From Prorocentrum cordatum (lineage: Eukaryota): 64,000 nt of DNA. The notes below the pieces were generated by a model, which made no database searches, was not told the DNA's origin, and saw only the letters and a program-made list of their open reading frames with translations. Of this stretch, positions 1 to 13,731 are shown one piece after another (positions within the stretch are counted from its first letter, which is position 1; each line of letters begins with the position of its first letter). The stretch spans positions 372,001 through 436,000 of the forward strand of contig CAUYUJ010000026.1 in NCBI GenBank assembly GCA_963575745.1, written 5' to 3'. The translations under genes and the position numbers were made by a program.

Positions 1-1620
1 ATCCCCATGTTTATGCTCATCAGCAGCAGCACACTTACCAACATGTTCAGCATTCTCATCACCACCACTCCCACCACCGTAATGAGCATCACCGTCCGCA
101 TCATTATCAGCATCATCAGCATCATCATGCGCATCGTCATCGTCATGACCATCTTCCTCCTCCTCATCACCATTATATTCATCATCAACGTTAGCACACT
201 CAACACGGCCACAGCTGTCACACACCGTCGTCAGCATCCCACCGTCATTCTCTGATTCTCATCTTCATTTCACCACCAGCACACTTTTCATACCCATCAT
301 ATTCATCGGCATAGGTATCATCATGCTCGTCATCAGCATCGCCACCATCACCATTATGAACCTCAGCCATCATTGGCATCATCATCATCATCACCATCGA
401 CATCATCATACCATCATCGCACACACCATCATCTGCACCATCAGCATCATCATCATCATCATCATCATCATTATCTCCATCGTCATCATCAGTATACTTG
501 TCATCGCCATCTGAGACGTCATCACCGCCACCACCATCATCAGCAACCCACCCTGGCAATCACCATCCTCATCCTCGACTTTATTGCCATCACAAGCAAC
601 GCAACCATCTTCATTATCCTCCATCGCATGATCATCAGTGTCTTCGCCATTACCATCCTCATCATCATCAGCTTCCGCATCATCCTGACCAGCATCATCA
701 TCATCATCATCATCATCGCCATCATCCTTGTTAACACCTTCATGGTCCTTATCATCACCATAATCATCCTCATCTGCATCATATTCGTCATCATCATCAT
801 CCTCCTCATCCTAACCCGCATCGTCATCGTTGTCATCATCGTCGTCGTGGTCATTATCCTCTTCGTCATCATCATCTTCATCCTCTGCATCATCATCGTC
901 GTCGTCGCCAACATCATCATCATCGTCATCATCAGCATCAGCATCAGCAGCATTTTCAGCATCTTCATCGTCGTCATCATCATCATCATCCGCATCATCC
1001 TTACCCGCATTACCAGCATCACTATCATCATCGTCGTCGTCATCATCATCAGCATCATCATCGTCGTCGCAGTTGTCGTGTTCGTCGTCGTCGTTACATT
1101 TGCCGTCATAATCATCATCGTCGTTATCAGATTGTTGCGCATCATCGCCGGCAGCATCACCATCATCATCCTCATCAGCATCATCAACCGCATCAGCATC
1201 ATCATGGAGATCGTCGTCATCAGCAGCATCATCAACACTGCCATCATAGCCATCATCCTCATTTTCATTATGAGCATCGCCATCGCCAGTATCATCGTCA
1301 TCATGGTCCTCATCATAGGCATCATCGTCGTCATCACCATCGTCATCATCATCATCAGCAGCATCATCATCACCATCATTGGCGTGAACGTCGTCAACAT
1401 CATCATTACCACAATCATCATTAGCACTATCACCATCGTCGTCGTTATGGCCGTCATCATCATCGTCATTGCCATCAACATCATCATCATCGTCGTAGCC
1501 TCCATCATCAGCATCATCATCGCCATCATTATGCTCATCAGCATCGCCATCCTCATGCTTATCCTCGTTCCCATCGTCCTCATGGTCCTCATGGCCATCA
1601 TCGTAATCATCGTCATCATC
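1..1620. repeat. Degenerate (CAT/ATC)n trinucleotide microsatellite array
   Basis: Continuous catcatcat/cgtcat/cagcat variants; they produce poly-Ile/His/Ser/Met/Asp pseudo-ORFs in all frames. Confidence 0.95.
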
Positions 1621-1799
1621 AGAATCCTCTTCCTCCCAGGTCTCTGTACCGTTGGCCACCCCTGTCGCCTATTTCCTTGCTCTTCAGGGTTCCCTGTCCT
1701 CTCAGGCGGGAGCCTCATCCACCTCGTCCACGGAGGGCCAGGATTTTGGTGGGGGGCCATGTTAGGCTATGGTAGGCACCCGCCTGAGAGAGGTGCAGC

Positions 1800-1987
1800 C
1801 AGAGAGAGAGAGAGGGAGAGAGAAACATACACATAAAACACAAACACATGAAACACACATATTGACAGAGAAAAAGAGAGAGAGAGAGAGCGAGAGAGAG
1901 AGAGAGATAGAACACATAAAAGACACACCTACAGAAAGAGAGACGACGACGGAGGGAGGGAGGGAGGGAGGGAGGGAGGGAGGGAGG

Positions 1988-2019
<32 letters not shown>

Positions 2020-2020
2020 A
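1800..2020. repeat. (GA)n / (GGGA)n simple repeats
   Basis: agagagag and ggagggaggg runs visible directly. Confidence 0.9.
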
Positions 2021-3015
2021 CATACAACACGAAGGACTGAGCGGCAACACGCGCACACAAACTCTATCAGTTGGCGTTCGGCAGCGGGGAGAACGACTGA
2101 TATGAGTGAGTCCTGGGGCCCCTTTCTGGCCTCCTTCCCTCCCTCCTCATCCTCAACGCTCACAACGACCATCATCATCACCATCATCGCCGTCATCACC
2201 ATGGACCCCGTACTCCACTGGGGACCCGCGGTAGTCCGGCTGGCCACCTCCTTCTGGCCACGTTGGGCCCAGGAGCAGCCCTCCAGAGGCCATGAGGAGT
2301 AGGAGGAGGAGCAGGAGGAGGAGGAGGTGGTCAATGCATGCTCAGCTTGATGACAAGACGCTCACTGCGTGCTCGACTCGAGCAGGGGGAGGTGGGAGGA
2401 AGAAGAGGAGGAGAAGAAGGAGGGAGGAGGTGGGTGGCGGGAAGTGCAGGGAGGATGGAGGTGGGAGAAGAGGAGGAGGAGGTGGGAGGAGGGTTTTGCG
2501 CGTTCTTGCCCGGCCAAGTACACCCAGCATTCTTTGTTGGGATTGGTTTAGATTTGCACTTGCCTTTCGGCCAGCATCTCTGAGGATCCAGCACCTCTTT
2601 GCTCTTGCAGAGCGGACTGCAAGATCTTCTCCAGCACAGCGCCAGCAGCGGAAACCCAGAGTGGGCGAGGCTATTCAGCCCGCGCGTCCCCTGAGCAAGT
2701 CACAGGCACAGTCCTAGCGAGGCTTGTCAGCCCGCTATTCGGCACATGCACCCTCTAAGCAAGCATGATTCTTGGGGCATTGTCTTCGGTTAAAAGAGGA
2801 GGAGCAGGAGGAGGAGGAGGATCACTGACAACATTGCCAGGTCTGCGAGCGGGCCGCCATTGAACAGTCCCTCGTATGTGTATGTGTGTATGTTTCGCTG
2901 TTACGACTAGGAACCGCCAGTGGTGGAGGAGCACGAGCAGCAGCAGCAGGAGAAGGAGGGGTGCGGCGAGCCTCCGCGCGTCGCTCGGGCTGTGTACCCC
3001 CCACCCCCCCTCGAG

Positions 3016-3087
3016 GACTGCGACGTGAGGGTGTGGCTGCCGGACATGCAGAACCCGACGCTGTTGGTGGCGTGGACGGCGCACGAG
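3016..3087 (+). CDS. Exon of a WD40-repeat protein (DCDVRVWLPDMQNPTLLVAWTAHE)
   Basis: AG acceptor at 3014-3015 and GC donor at 3088-3089; 72 nt, phase 0. 'D..VRVW' ends a WD repeat and 'AHE' starts the next. Splices in frame to 4432 to give AHE|AWIRDLLW. Confidence 0.7.
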
Positions 3088-4431
3088 GCCCTCCTCCTGC
3101 TCGTCCTCCTCGTCCTTGTTCTCTTACGGGGAAGGGGAGGCCGGCCATAATCCGTGTGTTGGTGTGCGCGCACCCCTGTTTTAGCCATGGTCCGATGCAG
3201 GCTCAGATTGGCTCCGTTCCTTTGCTGGATGCCCGAATTTGTACGCGCAGGGCGTTCCAGGATTTCGGGTGGAGTCGATATTTGAATCCCTGCGCGTTCT
3301 TTCACTTCCGCTTCCCGGGGGCCTGGGGCAATCAAACATGGACCTGGGGCGAATTGGTGTCGCCATCGAAATGGTCGACAAATTGCTGGGACCGCGGGAG
3401 TTAAAAAAACAATCAAGGTCGGATGTTTGGAAAGTGCGCTGCCTTCGACGTGTCTTCGCCTTCGACCGAAGGCCGACGAAAGTAAAGCGGCGGCGGCTCC
3501 GCAGGTGGAAGGCCGGCGGAAGGTGGCGGGCAAATTACACATTGTTCATTTCTTATTATTCGAATGTTCGTTGGTTTCTGTCGGGGCCAAGATCCTTTCA
3601 TTTCTAATTGTTCTATCCTGGGCCTCTTCCTGGCCACTAGGGGGCCAGGAACAATTAGAAACGAGCGCAATTGGAAATGAGCACGATTAGAAATGAACGA
3701 CGTGTACATGTACGACATCCAATATTTTAGGGGGTCAGGGTGCCCGGAGTGTGCCATGCGCGCAGCCACCGTCTGGGCCCCACGGGGCCCGAGGATATCC
3801 GTGTTCACCGTCCCCCTGGGGTCCTGGAGCATCGGTGCCCCAGGCGGTGGAGGAGCGGTGGATGCGTACATGTTCCGTCCTCGGGGAGAATGCGGACGAA
3901 GTCCAAGAACCAAGAGTAGTTTCTTCCCAGTTTGAACCGGACTAATTGTCGGTGTCGCCCCGAACGTTGTCCATGTTGGGCAAACGTCGCATGCCTAACA
4001 GCAGCCGTTTGTTATGAACGGCATTCCCTGTTGGGCATCGTCCTGATGTCTAGCGTCACCACTATGGGCGAGCCAGTCTGTTGTTGTAGGTCGTCACGGC
4101 GAGAATGCGTTATATTCTTGTTATTCTGGCTGATCTTCTTCATCATCTTTCCCTCTCATTGGTTTCAGGGATACAGCAGCATGGGTTCTCGCGGCGTGAT
4201 GCCGACGAACCTAGGCGCGGCTACGTGCAATCATCCGTCTGCTCCTCCTTTCTGTCCTTACCCTCTTCTCTTCCTCTGCACGGTGGCACCATCCTCACCT
4301 ATCTTGCTTCCCCTTTTCAATCGGGTATCCTCTACCCACCTTTGTTGTCATTATTCCCTTCCTCCTCCTCCTCATCCTCATTCTCCTCCTCCTTCTCTCT
4401 TCCTACTCCTGTGCACCCTCCTCTGCACGAG

Positions 4432-4523
4432 GCCTGGATCCGGGACCTCCTGTGGACCCCGTGCCAGCGCTACCTCTACACGGCCTCCTCGGACGGCCTG
4501 GTGTTCGCGTGGAGCGTGCCTAG
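4432..4523 (+). CDS. Exon of a WD40-repeat protein (AWIRDLLWTPCQRYLYTASSDGLVFAWSVP)
   Basis: Typical WD40 blade H..W.RDL.W.P....LYTAS.DG.V..W; high GC3; AG acceptor at 4430-4431. The 3' end (GA donor at 4524) is inferred. Confidence 0.75.
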
Positions 4524-5389
4524 GAGTCTCCTAGCATCCCACCCCGTGAACATACAAGAGCACGGCTTCGAGCGAGGGGGGGAGTGAGAAGGAAAAGGCC
4601 TTCTCAGAAGGCTCGGCAGTCCCCAGGCCTTCTGGGAAGTTCTCTGAGCCTTCTCCGACGACGCAACCAACTCCTCAGAATTGCGCGAGGACTTCTCAGA
4701 AGCCCCGCCGCCTTCTGAGAAGGCTTTCTCCCTCTCACTTCCTCCCCTCGCCCTGCCGCCGAGAAAAGCAGGACCCCCGGGCCGCTCGGGGGGAGCGCCA
4801 AAAGTTTCTGTACATGGCGTTGTTTCTTCTTCGATTCGATCGTCCTGGCATGGGTGCGCCGAAGAGGGGGGCCCAGGGGGAGGATGAGGAGGAGAAGGAG
4901 TCGAATCGAAAGCATTAGGGATCAGCTCAACTCTGGTTCATTGCTGCGCGACGCGGCAACTGCAAGAAATATGGAAAGGGGGGCCACAGCGGGGCCCAAG
5001 TGGACGACGTCGACACCACGGAGGAGGAGGAGGAGGAGGAGGAGGAGGAGGAGGAAATGAGGAGAGGAGAGGAGGAGAGGAGGCATGGTGGCGGCGGGCG
5101 GGCCGAAAAGGGGGGGCTTTCGGGGTCTCATCCTCGTGGGTGTGGGTCGTGGGCGGGGGGGTGGCTTGGGGTGGCTGGGGGCGTGGGGGTCTGAGCCGGG
5201 GGGGCACTCCTCATCGGGCCAGGAACTCGAACCCCCGGGCAGGTCCCGGGGAGCCCGAGGCGAGACGGCGGGCGGGGGCCTGCGGCGTCTGCCACGTGCT
5301 GGCCGCGGGTCGCCCGCGTGCGCGCCGAGGCTTTCGCTCCTCGCGCGGCCGCGGTGCGAGCCAGCCCTGAGGTTCGGAGGAGTGGAAGG

Positions 5390-6083
5390 TGAGAGGAGGA
5401 GGAGGAGGAGAGGAGGAGATGAGGAGGAGGAGGGAGGAGAGGAGGAAAGGGAAGGGGAGGAGAGAGGAGGGAGGAGGAGGAGGGGGAGGAGGGAGGAAGT
5501 GAGTAGAGGAACGCAGAGGAGGAGGAGGAGGAGAGAGGAGGGAGGAGAGGAGGACGTCAAACCGGGCAATGGGGGTGTGGGGGAGGAGTTCAGGTGTGAA
5601 TTGTTAGTGGAGGTATGACACGCAGATCCTTAGGGGACGGCGGACTGCAAGGAAAGATGGGAAGTGAAGGGCAGGGAGGGAGGCGGAGGGACCCCGTGGC
5701 CTAGGCGTGTCGCGCGAGGCGCGGAAGAGCCAGGGAGCCGCAGGTCGCTCCCCGCGGGGCGGGGGGGGCGGTCCGCAAAGCTGGGCGGCGCCGGGCCTCG
5801 GACCATCGCTGTGGCGTGTCTTGTGTTTTCTGTGCGTGTCTCCGGGGCGTGGGGCGTGCGGGGCGGACTTGTCCTCCCTTCCCTCCTCCTCCTCCAGCGC
5901 CTCCTCCTCCTCCTCCCTTCCTCGCCTCGTCCTCCCCCTCCTTCTCCTTCCTCCTCCTCCTCTCCGCGCGCGAATGTGCGCGCGCGTGCGCGCGCGGCCC
6001 ATCCTCATTCCCCTCCTCCTCCTCCTCCTCCTCCTCCTCCTCCTTCTCCTCCTCCTCCTCCTCCTCCTCCTCCTCCTCCTCCT
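5390..6083. repeat. (GGA)n tract (5390-5552) and oppositely oriented (CCT)n tract (5872-6083)
   Basis: Directly visible simple repeats on either side of the 5705-5743 candidate exon. Confidence 0.9.
5705..5743 (+). CDS. Possible small internal exon of the WD40 gene (RVARGAEEPGSR)
   Basis: gcctag|g acceptor and cag|gt donor; phase 2 at both ends, matching the 4432-4523 and 6502-6574 exons. No protein motif supports it. Confidence 0.4.
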
Positions 6084-6501
6084 CGAGTCGCCTACGGCCC
6101 CGCGGGAAACCGTGCACAGCGAGGGGCATGCCTGATCCTCTGGCGAAAAACACACGCACGAAGTCGAAACATGCACTGAGAATGGACGTCCCACCGGATC
6201 TCCTCGCGTCATTGGCCATAAAACACCGCTGGTCTACCGTGTTCCGACCCGCTCGAGAGCGCGCGTGCGGATTGGACTGCCTCTGCCGCGCTGCGACGCA
6301 GAGGGCAAAAAAGCACCCCGGACGGGTTCTGCTATTTTCTGCTTCTGAGGGCCCTCGCCCGGCCCCAGGGCCGTCAAGCAAGCAACGACTCAGCACGGCA
6401 AGCGGGTCCTGGGGAGTGGACCCAGAGTTCCGGGCGGCCGACGCCCTCTTTGAAAGCGCACGACGCCGGCGGTGTGGGTCACTCGGCGCCCGTGAGCTCA
6501 G

Positions 6502-6574
6502 GAAGTACCACCTCAAGGGGTACGGGAAGAGGAAGCCCCTGGCTGCTCCGGCCGCCGCCAAGTACAACGTCTGA
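6502..6574 (+). CDS. Possible terminal exon of the WD40 gene (KYHLKGYGKRKPLAAPAAAKYNV*)
   Basis: tcag|g acceptor, high GC3, ends in TGA, phase compatible with the upstream exons. Confidence 0.45.
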
Positions 6575-8059
6575 TCGGCCTGCGGGCGTGCCGCGCACGC
6601 CGCGGAGCCCACGCCCTTCGCCTCCCCTGCCCGTCGTCGTTCCTGCTCCCTCCTTGTCCTCCTCCCTCCTCGTGTCTTCCTCGTCTCTTCGTCCTCCTCC
6701 TCCCTTCTCTCCTCCTGTTCCCTCCTCCTCGCTGCCTCCCTTCGCATGCCTGCCCCTCGCACTCCCTCCTCTTTCACGGACCTGCCCCTCATCACTCCTC
6801 CCTCTGTCCTCCCTGGCAAGGGGTAGCGGGGAGAGGGATCTGAAGAAGTTCTCCGCCGAGCAGGCCGGACATCAGTAGCGCTGTGACTGTTTCGGGGAGT
6901 TCTCTCAACCTTGTGGCTCCACGAGGAGCCCCCGACAGCGAGGCGGTTCTCTCGATGCTCCCTCCTGCTGAGTCGATCCGATATGTTCTCCCTCTTCCTC
7001 GTTTCCTCACGCCCGGGCTGGCGGCGCAAACAGGACTCGCGACGGCCGGCCTTTCTATACCTGCGGCCTCTGGAGGCCGCTTCTCCGTGGACTGGTGCCG
7101 AGGCCTGGGGAAACTGCGACATCGGGGGAGAGGGCTTCTCCTCGTCGCTTCTCCTCCAGCTGCCCTCCGCCAGCATGCCGTGGGGCGAAGTCGTGGGGGA
7201 CAGTGCCCCCCCCCCAGTTGAGACGGCCCCGAAGCTCTGCGGGGCAGAGGCGCACACAGCAGGGCGGCCGTCTTCCTGCGGGGCGGACCCGATTCACGGA
7301 AGCTCTTTCGGAAGCTCATCCTGGCTCCAGTTGCGTAGCGCTTCGACTTCTCCTGAGGCATTGGGACATCGATTCCCCAGGCCATGCGTCGGAATGGTGA
7401 CGGAAGATATGGCACCGAAATCCAACAGCAGTCCATGTTAGTTTTAAACAGTACTCGTTGTCTGTGTCGTCGCAAACGTTGTCCGTTAGTCTCGCCTGCC
7501 CACCATCGGCCGCTGTCAGATTTGGACGACGTTCGTTGCTGGGCATTGTTAGGATGTTTGTCCGTCCCCGCTCTGGGCGTGCCAAGAAGACGCTGGCCCT
7601 TCGGCAGTGGAGATGAACGCGTTGTGATCTTCGTTGGGCTTCTGTTGCTTCGTATCCCGTACCTCAATGATGTGACGGACTCGGCATAGTAATCAATTCT
7701 GGTCGGTACACATATTTTGCTGAAACAAGCAGCCAGCCGTATTGGCTTGTCAGCATGACAAAGGGGGCCAAGCCCACGATGTGCTCACGGCGGAATATAT
7801 GTGAACCATGGCAGGTCGCCATCCGGGTCGCAGCCTGAGCTTTGCGGCTGCGCACTGCTGCTGGGGCCATTCCCTCCGCACGAAACTAGCATATATAATA
7901 CTCATAGCCCCGTGCCCCAGAAGATAAAGCACCCCCCTTAACCCTTTAGTGTCGGTTATCTCTGGCCAAGACAGAGTTGGTCGGAGGAGAGGAGCGGCAA
8001 CGCTGATTTGTTTCGCGAGGGAAAGCTACGAATCGAAGATGCTATCTTCTTCCACTTCT

Positions 8060-8111
<52 letters not shown>

Positions 8112-8112
8112 G

Positions 8113-8144
<32 letters not shown>

Positions 8145-8438
8145 GCTACTGCTTTTGGTTATCCGTATTGCCAGTGCCACTACTGGGGAAGGCTACTACT
8201 ACTTCCATTACTGTTACTCGTACTTCCACGGCTTCTCTTTACCACTGATACGACTACCACGGTTATGAGTATACGATTGCTACTACAACAACAACAACAA
8301 CTACTACTACTACTACTACTACTACTACGACTACTACGACGACTACTACTACTACTACTACCACTAAGTACCACTACCACTCCGACTTCCACGACTACTA
8401 TTACTACTACTACCACTACTACAACAACAACAACAACA

Positions 8439-8469
<31 letters not shown>

Positions 8470-8532
8470 GGACTAGTACTACTATTATTATTATTACTAC
8501 TACTACTGCTACTACTACTACTGCTACTACTG

Positions 8533-8594
<62 letters not shown>

Positions 8595-8860
8595 ACGACT
8601 ACCACTACTACCACTACTACCACTATTGCTACCAGTTCTTCCAGTACTACTACTACAGCTACTACCCCTACGACTATTAGTACTTCTACTACTCCTGCTA
8701 CTATCATGACTACGAGTACGATTGCCATCATTATTTCTACTGCTATTACTATGATTACCACTACTAGTACTACTACGACGAGTGCTACTAGTAGTAGTAG
8801 TGCTACTACTACTACTACGACGACGACTACTACTACCACCGTTACTACTACTACTACTAC

Positions 8861-8927
<67 letters not shown>

Positions 8928-9025
8928 GACTACTACTACTACTACTACTACTAGTACTACTACTATTACTACCACGACAACTGCTACGGGTACTGCTACT
9001 AGTACTACTACTACTACTACTACTT

Positions 9026-9065
<40 letters not shown>

Positions 9066-9294
9066 GACTACTCGTGCTATTGCGACTACTCGTACTATTG
9101 TTATGGCCAATGTTACTACTTGTGCTACTATGACTACTTCTACTGTTACCACGACTCTTACTACTACTACTACTTCTACCTCACTACCACTACTACTACT
9201 GCTACCACTACTACTCATTTGAACACTACCACTACCGCGGCTACTGTTGTGAATACTATTACACCCACTACTACCATGTTTACTACTACTACTG

Positions 9295-9339
<45 letters not shown>

Positions 9340-9603
9340 GTACGAAAACTACTACCATAAAGACTACTAGTGTTATTACTAGTACTACTTGTACGCCGGC
9401 TACGGCTACTACTACGACTACGACCATTAGTACTCGTACTCGTACTCATACTCGTACTACCACCCACTAGAAGTATTACTCGTAGCCGTGGTACTCGTAG
9501 TACTTCGACCACTACTATTAATACGTCTACTACTACTCCTACTACCGCTACTACTACCAATACTACTACCACTACTACTACCTGACTACGAATTCTATTA
9601 CTA

Positions 9604-9667
<64 letters not shown>

Positions 9668-9964
9668 GACTACTACTACTACTGCGGTTACGTTCGCCAT
9701 TCCGTTTCTATGACTCGGACTAGTAAACTTTCCGTTGCGATCACGAGTCGTATTACTACTACAGCTACGATTACGACTGCGACTACGACTACAATTTTTA
9801 CGATTATGCAAGTCCCTACGAATACTACTTCGACTACAGTTCTTAATACCATTATTATTTCAAGTTTTACGGCTACGACTATTACGACTACTACGAATAT
9901 TTCTATCACTATTGCTGCTACTACTACTACTACGGCTACTACTACTACTACTACAACTACTACG

Positions 9965-10013
<49 letters not shown>

Positions 10014-10672
10014 GTGCTTTCACTCTGGCGGCGACGACTACGTTTACCACTACTACTACCACTACCATTACTATCACGACTACTACTACTGCTATCACTA
10101 TTACTGTCACTACTGCTACTTCGACTAATACTTCTCTGCTAGTGTTGCTTTTATTGATCTTACGACTACTACGACTACTACTACGACGACGACGACCTTT
10201 ATTATTACGGCTATTACGATTACGACTACCACGACTACGGCCTTTAACACGACTACGTCTACGACTTTTACAAGGGCTGTTATTTTTTCATTGCTGTTAC
10301 TACTGCGACTTCTGTTAATCGTATTTTTCGCATTGCTGTTGCGACTACTACTGTTACTACCACTACTACTATTACTACTACGACTACTAGGATTACTACT
10401 ACTACGACTACTACTACTACTAGCACGGCTACGACTACTACTATTTCTTCTTTGAGTCTTACTACTATTATGAAGACTACTACTACTACTACGACTACTA
10501 CAACTACCACTCCTACTCATATTACGACTACTACTACTACGACCATTACTACTCTTATTCCTACTAATACTACTATTACGAGTATTAGTATTACTAGTAG
10601 TAGGAGTGGTTGTTGTTGTGATACTGCCACGTCTACTACCGCTACTAGTACCACTACTACTACTACTACTAT

Positions 10673-10734
<62 letters not shown>

Positions 10735-11208
10735 TTTACCATTACTGCTAGTACTATTTCTATTGCTACTACTACTGGTACTACTACTACTAATAATACG
10801 ACTACTACTGCTACTACTACTACTACTATTTCTATTGCTACTACTACTACCACTACTACTACTACGACGACTACGACTACTACGACTACTACTCGTATGA
10901 GTAGTATTAGTAGTAGTAGTTGTTGTAGTAGTAGTAGTAGTCGTAGTAGTAGTAAAAGTTTCAGTCGTAGTTGTTGTTGTTGTACCACTGCTGCGGCTAC
11001 TACCACTAGTAGTAGTAGTAGTATTAGTAGTAGTAGTAGTAGTAGTAGTAGTTGTAGTAATGCTCGTAGTAGTAGTAGTAGTAGTAGTCGTCGTCGTAGA
11101 AGTAGTACTACTACGACTACAATTACTACCACTACTACTACGACTTCTACTTTTACGGCTACTACGATTGGTATCACTTTGTTACCACTATTACTACTAC
11201 TACTACTC

Positions 11209-11247
<39 letters not shown>

Positions 11248-11263
11248 TTACTATTACTAGTAT

Positions 11264-11305
<42 letters not shown>

Positions 11306-11342
11306 CACGACTACGACCACTAGTACAACTACTACTACTACT

Positions 11343-11390
<48 letters not shown>

Positions 11391-11438
11391 GCTACTACTA
11401 CTACTACTACTACTAGTACTATTACTACTACTCTTACG

Positions 11439-11487
<49 letters not shown>

Positions 11488-11492
11488 TTACT
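8060..11492. repeat. Long degenerate (TAC/ACT)n microsatellite array, with an internal reversed (GTA)n patch at ~10895-11105
   Basis: About 3.4 kb of actactact variants. Confidence 0.97.
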
Positions 11493-11969
11493 ACTCTCGC
11501 CTCTTTCCCCCAGCCCCCCCCCCCCCAAGCAAATGTATTTTTCCCTGGGCGTATTTTACCTCCCGAAGCGGGCCAACACGAGCACACATGTGATGTATAT
11601 TGTAAACAACAAGAGGTCCTACAAATCAAAAGTGCTATGTCCCGAATATCATTTTTTGGGGGAATCTTTGGGGGCCTTTCTCCTCTGCCACCCATCCTCC
11701 TCCCCTCCCCTTTCTATCTCCTTTCCCTTGCCCTCCTTGTGATATGCGTGGCAGGGCTAGATCGTCGTCGTCATCGTCGTCAACGTCGTCGTCGTCTTCG
11801 TGCGACGACGACGACCTCGTTCCTCGTCATGCATCCCACGAAAGACTCGCCGGCACAAAATCGTTTATCATTCCCCCCGCAGCACCGAGGTTTATTATCC
11901 CCCCTGTGGTTATTTAATCGCTTCGCTCATTCCGCCGCCCATATTGTCGCACCGTTTGGGCTAGCCCGA

Positions 11970-12560
11970 TTTTGGGGCCGTTTTGGCCTCGTTGGGGCCT
12001 CTTTTGGGCCTCTTGCGCCTCTTGGGTCGTCTTGGGCCTCTTGGGGGCCTCTTGGGGCCTTGTTTGGGCCTCCTGGCCGCCTCTGGGGCGGAGGCTCGAT
12101 TTTTCAGTTCTACTTTCCGTTCCTCCTCTTGAGCCCCTCTTGGGTTCGTTCTTGGCCTCTTGTCCGTAGCCCACAACTAGGGCCGTCTTGGGGGCCTCCT
12201 GGGCCGTTCTGGGGGCCGTCTTGGAGCCGTTGTGCCGTCCTGGAGCGGTCTTGGGGCCTTTGGGCCGTCTGGAGCGTCCGGAAGCCCGAAAAAGCCAGAA
12301 CACAAAAAACAACGAAAACAAAAAAACAATGAACATCATCGAGTTTAGGCCTCTGGCTCTCTTCGAGGTTGCCTCTGGAAGCTCTAGGCGTCCCTTGGAG
12401 GCCTCTTGGGCTGTCTTGGGGGCCTTTGGGCCGTCTTGGGGTCATCTTCGGCGTCTTCGAGCGCTCTTTGGGCGTCTTGGGGGCCTCTTGGGCAGTCTTG
12501 GGGGCCTCTTGGGGCACTCTGAGCGCGCTCTGGGGAGCCTGAGAGGCCGCACCCAGAAGG
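11970..12560. repeat. Low-complexity GG(G/C)CC(T/G)(C/T)TTGG-rich dispersed repeat, related to 39025-39615
   Basis: Recurring ggcctcttggg / ggccgtcttgg units in both regions. Confidence 0.65.
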
Positions 12561-12790
12561 AAAACCATCTCTGAGTAGACTTGGTCGGGCGGCGGTCGGT
12601 CGGGCGGCGGTCGGGCGGCGACCGGGCGGCGACCGGGCGTTGGTCGGGGTACTTTTCGCCGGGGGACCCCCAGGGGCCGCCCCGCGCGCGCGAACTAGAA
12701 ATACTGTTAATACTGTTAACCAGTTACCGGAGATCTTAGCACGCCCTGGCCCGTTGGGCCGGCGAATTTGGGGCATTGGGTTAAGCCCTG

Positions 12791-12794
<4 letters not shown>

Positions 12795-12869
<75 letters not shown>
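12795..12869. repeat. (GT)n microsatellite
   Basis: Pure gtgtgt run. Confidence 0.97.
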
Positions 12870-12872
<3 letters not shown>

Positions 12873-12890
12873 GTCTTGGTCGTGGGTATG

Positions 12891-13731
12891 TTATACAAGC
12901 TTGCCTCTCTGAGGCGCTTTTTTGGTATACCAGACGTGGTCCTGGGCGTTGAAATCTGACTGGAGCGGAGAGGTTGCCTGGGTGCAGCGTCGCATCCTCT
13001 TCGTGGCCAAGCCCTGGTCCTGGTCCGAGGTCTCGCAGGTCATCTTGATATCGCGGACTTCTAGCTCGAATTGCATGTCCCTGTAGCGCACGGGCGTCGG
13101 AAGATTCTGCGTGGTATTGATGCCATTCTCGCTTGTAGCACGACGGTGGTGCCTGTTGTTTCTATCGTCGTCTCGGTTGTAGTGCAGCGTGCGGCCATCT
13201 TGGAAGCGATCTCCAGTAGCGCCGAACACCCAGACCGGCAACTGTCCAAGACGGCGTGCCTCTTCATCGTCGTAGCGACCGTCGTGTTTCGCCAGCTGGG
13301 TCTTCAAGCAGGCCGTGCTCAGGATGCTCGCATTCTCTAAGCCAACGTTCGCGTGCTCCTGCATTGGGTGGTAGAGATGCGGAAGTGTGTGATTTTCAGC
13401 CACGAGGTGTTGGCATTGCAGATGCCGTAGTTTCTCTTCAATTCTTGTGGACGGCTCCTGGGCGCGCACGCGGATTCACTTCGCAGTTGTCGTTTCGTTC
13501 GTTGCCTTGAGCACGTGCTCGGCGCGATCTTCATAGTACTTGACGTAGCTCGTAACCGCGATCGCACGGAACCACGTGTCGTGTTCCTTTATTTGTCGGT
13601 ATTGATTTTGTCCCGTATCTGGCGCCACTCCCTGTCCGACTTGTATTATGCGCCCATCCGCAGTCAGCTAGCCACACTCCGTCCAAGTCGTGGTTCCAGA
13701 CAGACCGTTGCGGGGCGATCGCAGGCGCCAT
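12891..13731 (-). pseudogene. Possible intronless, decayed coding sequence of unknown function
   Basis: Coding-like composition on the minus strand. ATG at 13731, apparent frameshift near 13650 and an in-frame TGA just upstream of the 12891-13469 ORF. No recognisable motif. Confidence 0.25.

Noticed and set aside
7..1836. Long poly-Ile/Met/Asp/His ORFs
   Set aside because: Translations of the (CAT)n microsatellite; no real coding signal.
2201..2290. Possible upstream WD40 exon (LHWGPAVVRLATSF or SPAGHLLLAT)
   Set aside because: Frame and splice sites could not be fixed with confidence.
7949..11742. Poly-Thr/Val/Leu/Ser 'mucin-like' ORFs (also 23511-26649)
   Set aside because: Translations of the (TAC)n/(GTA)n arrays.
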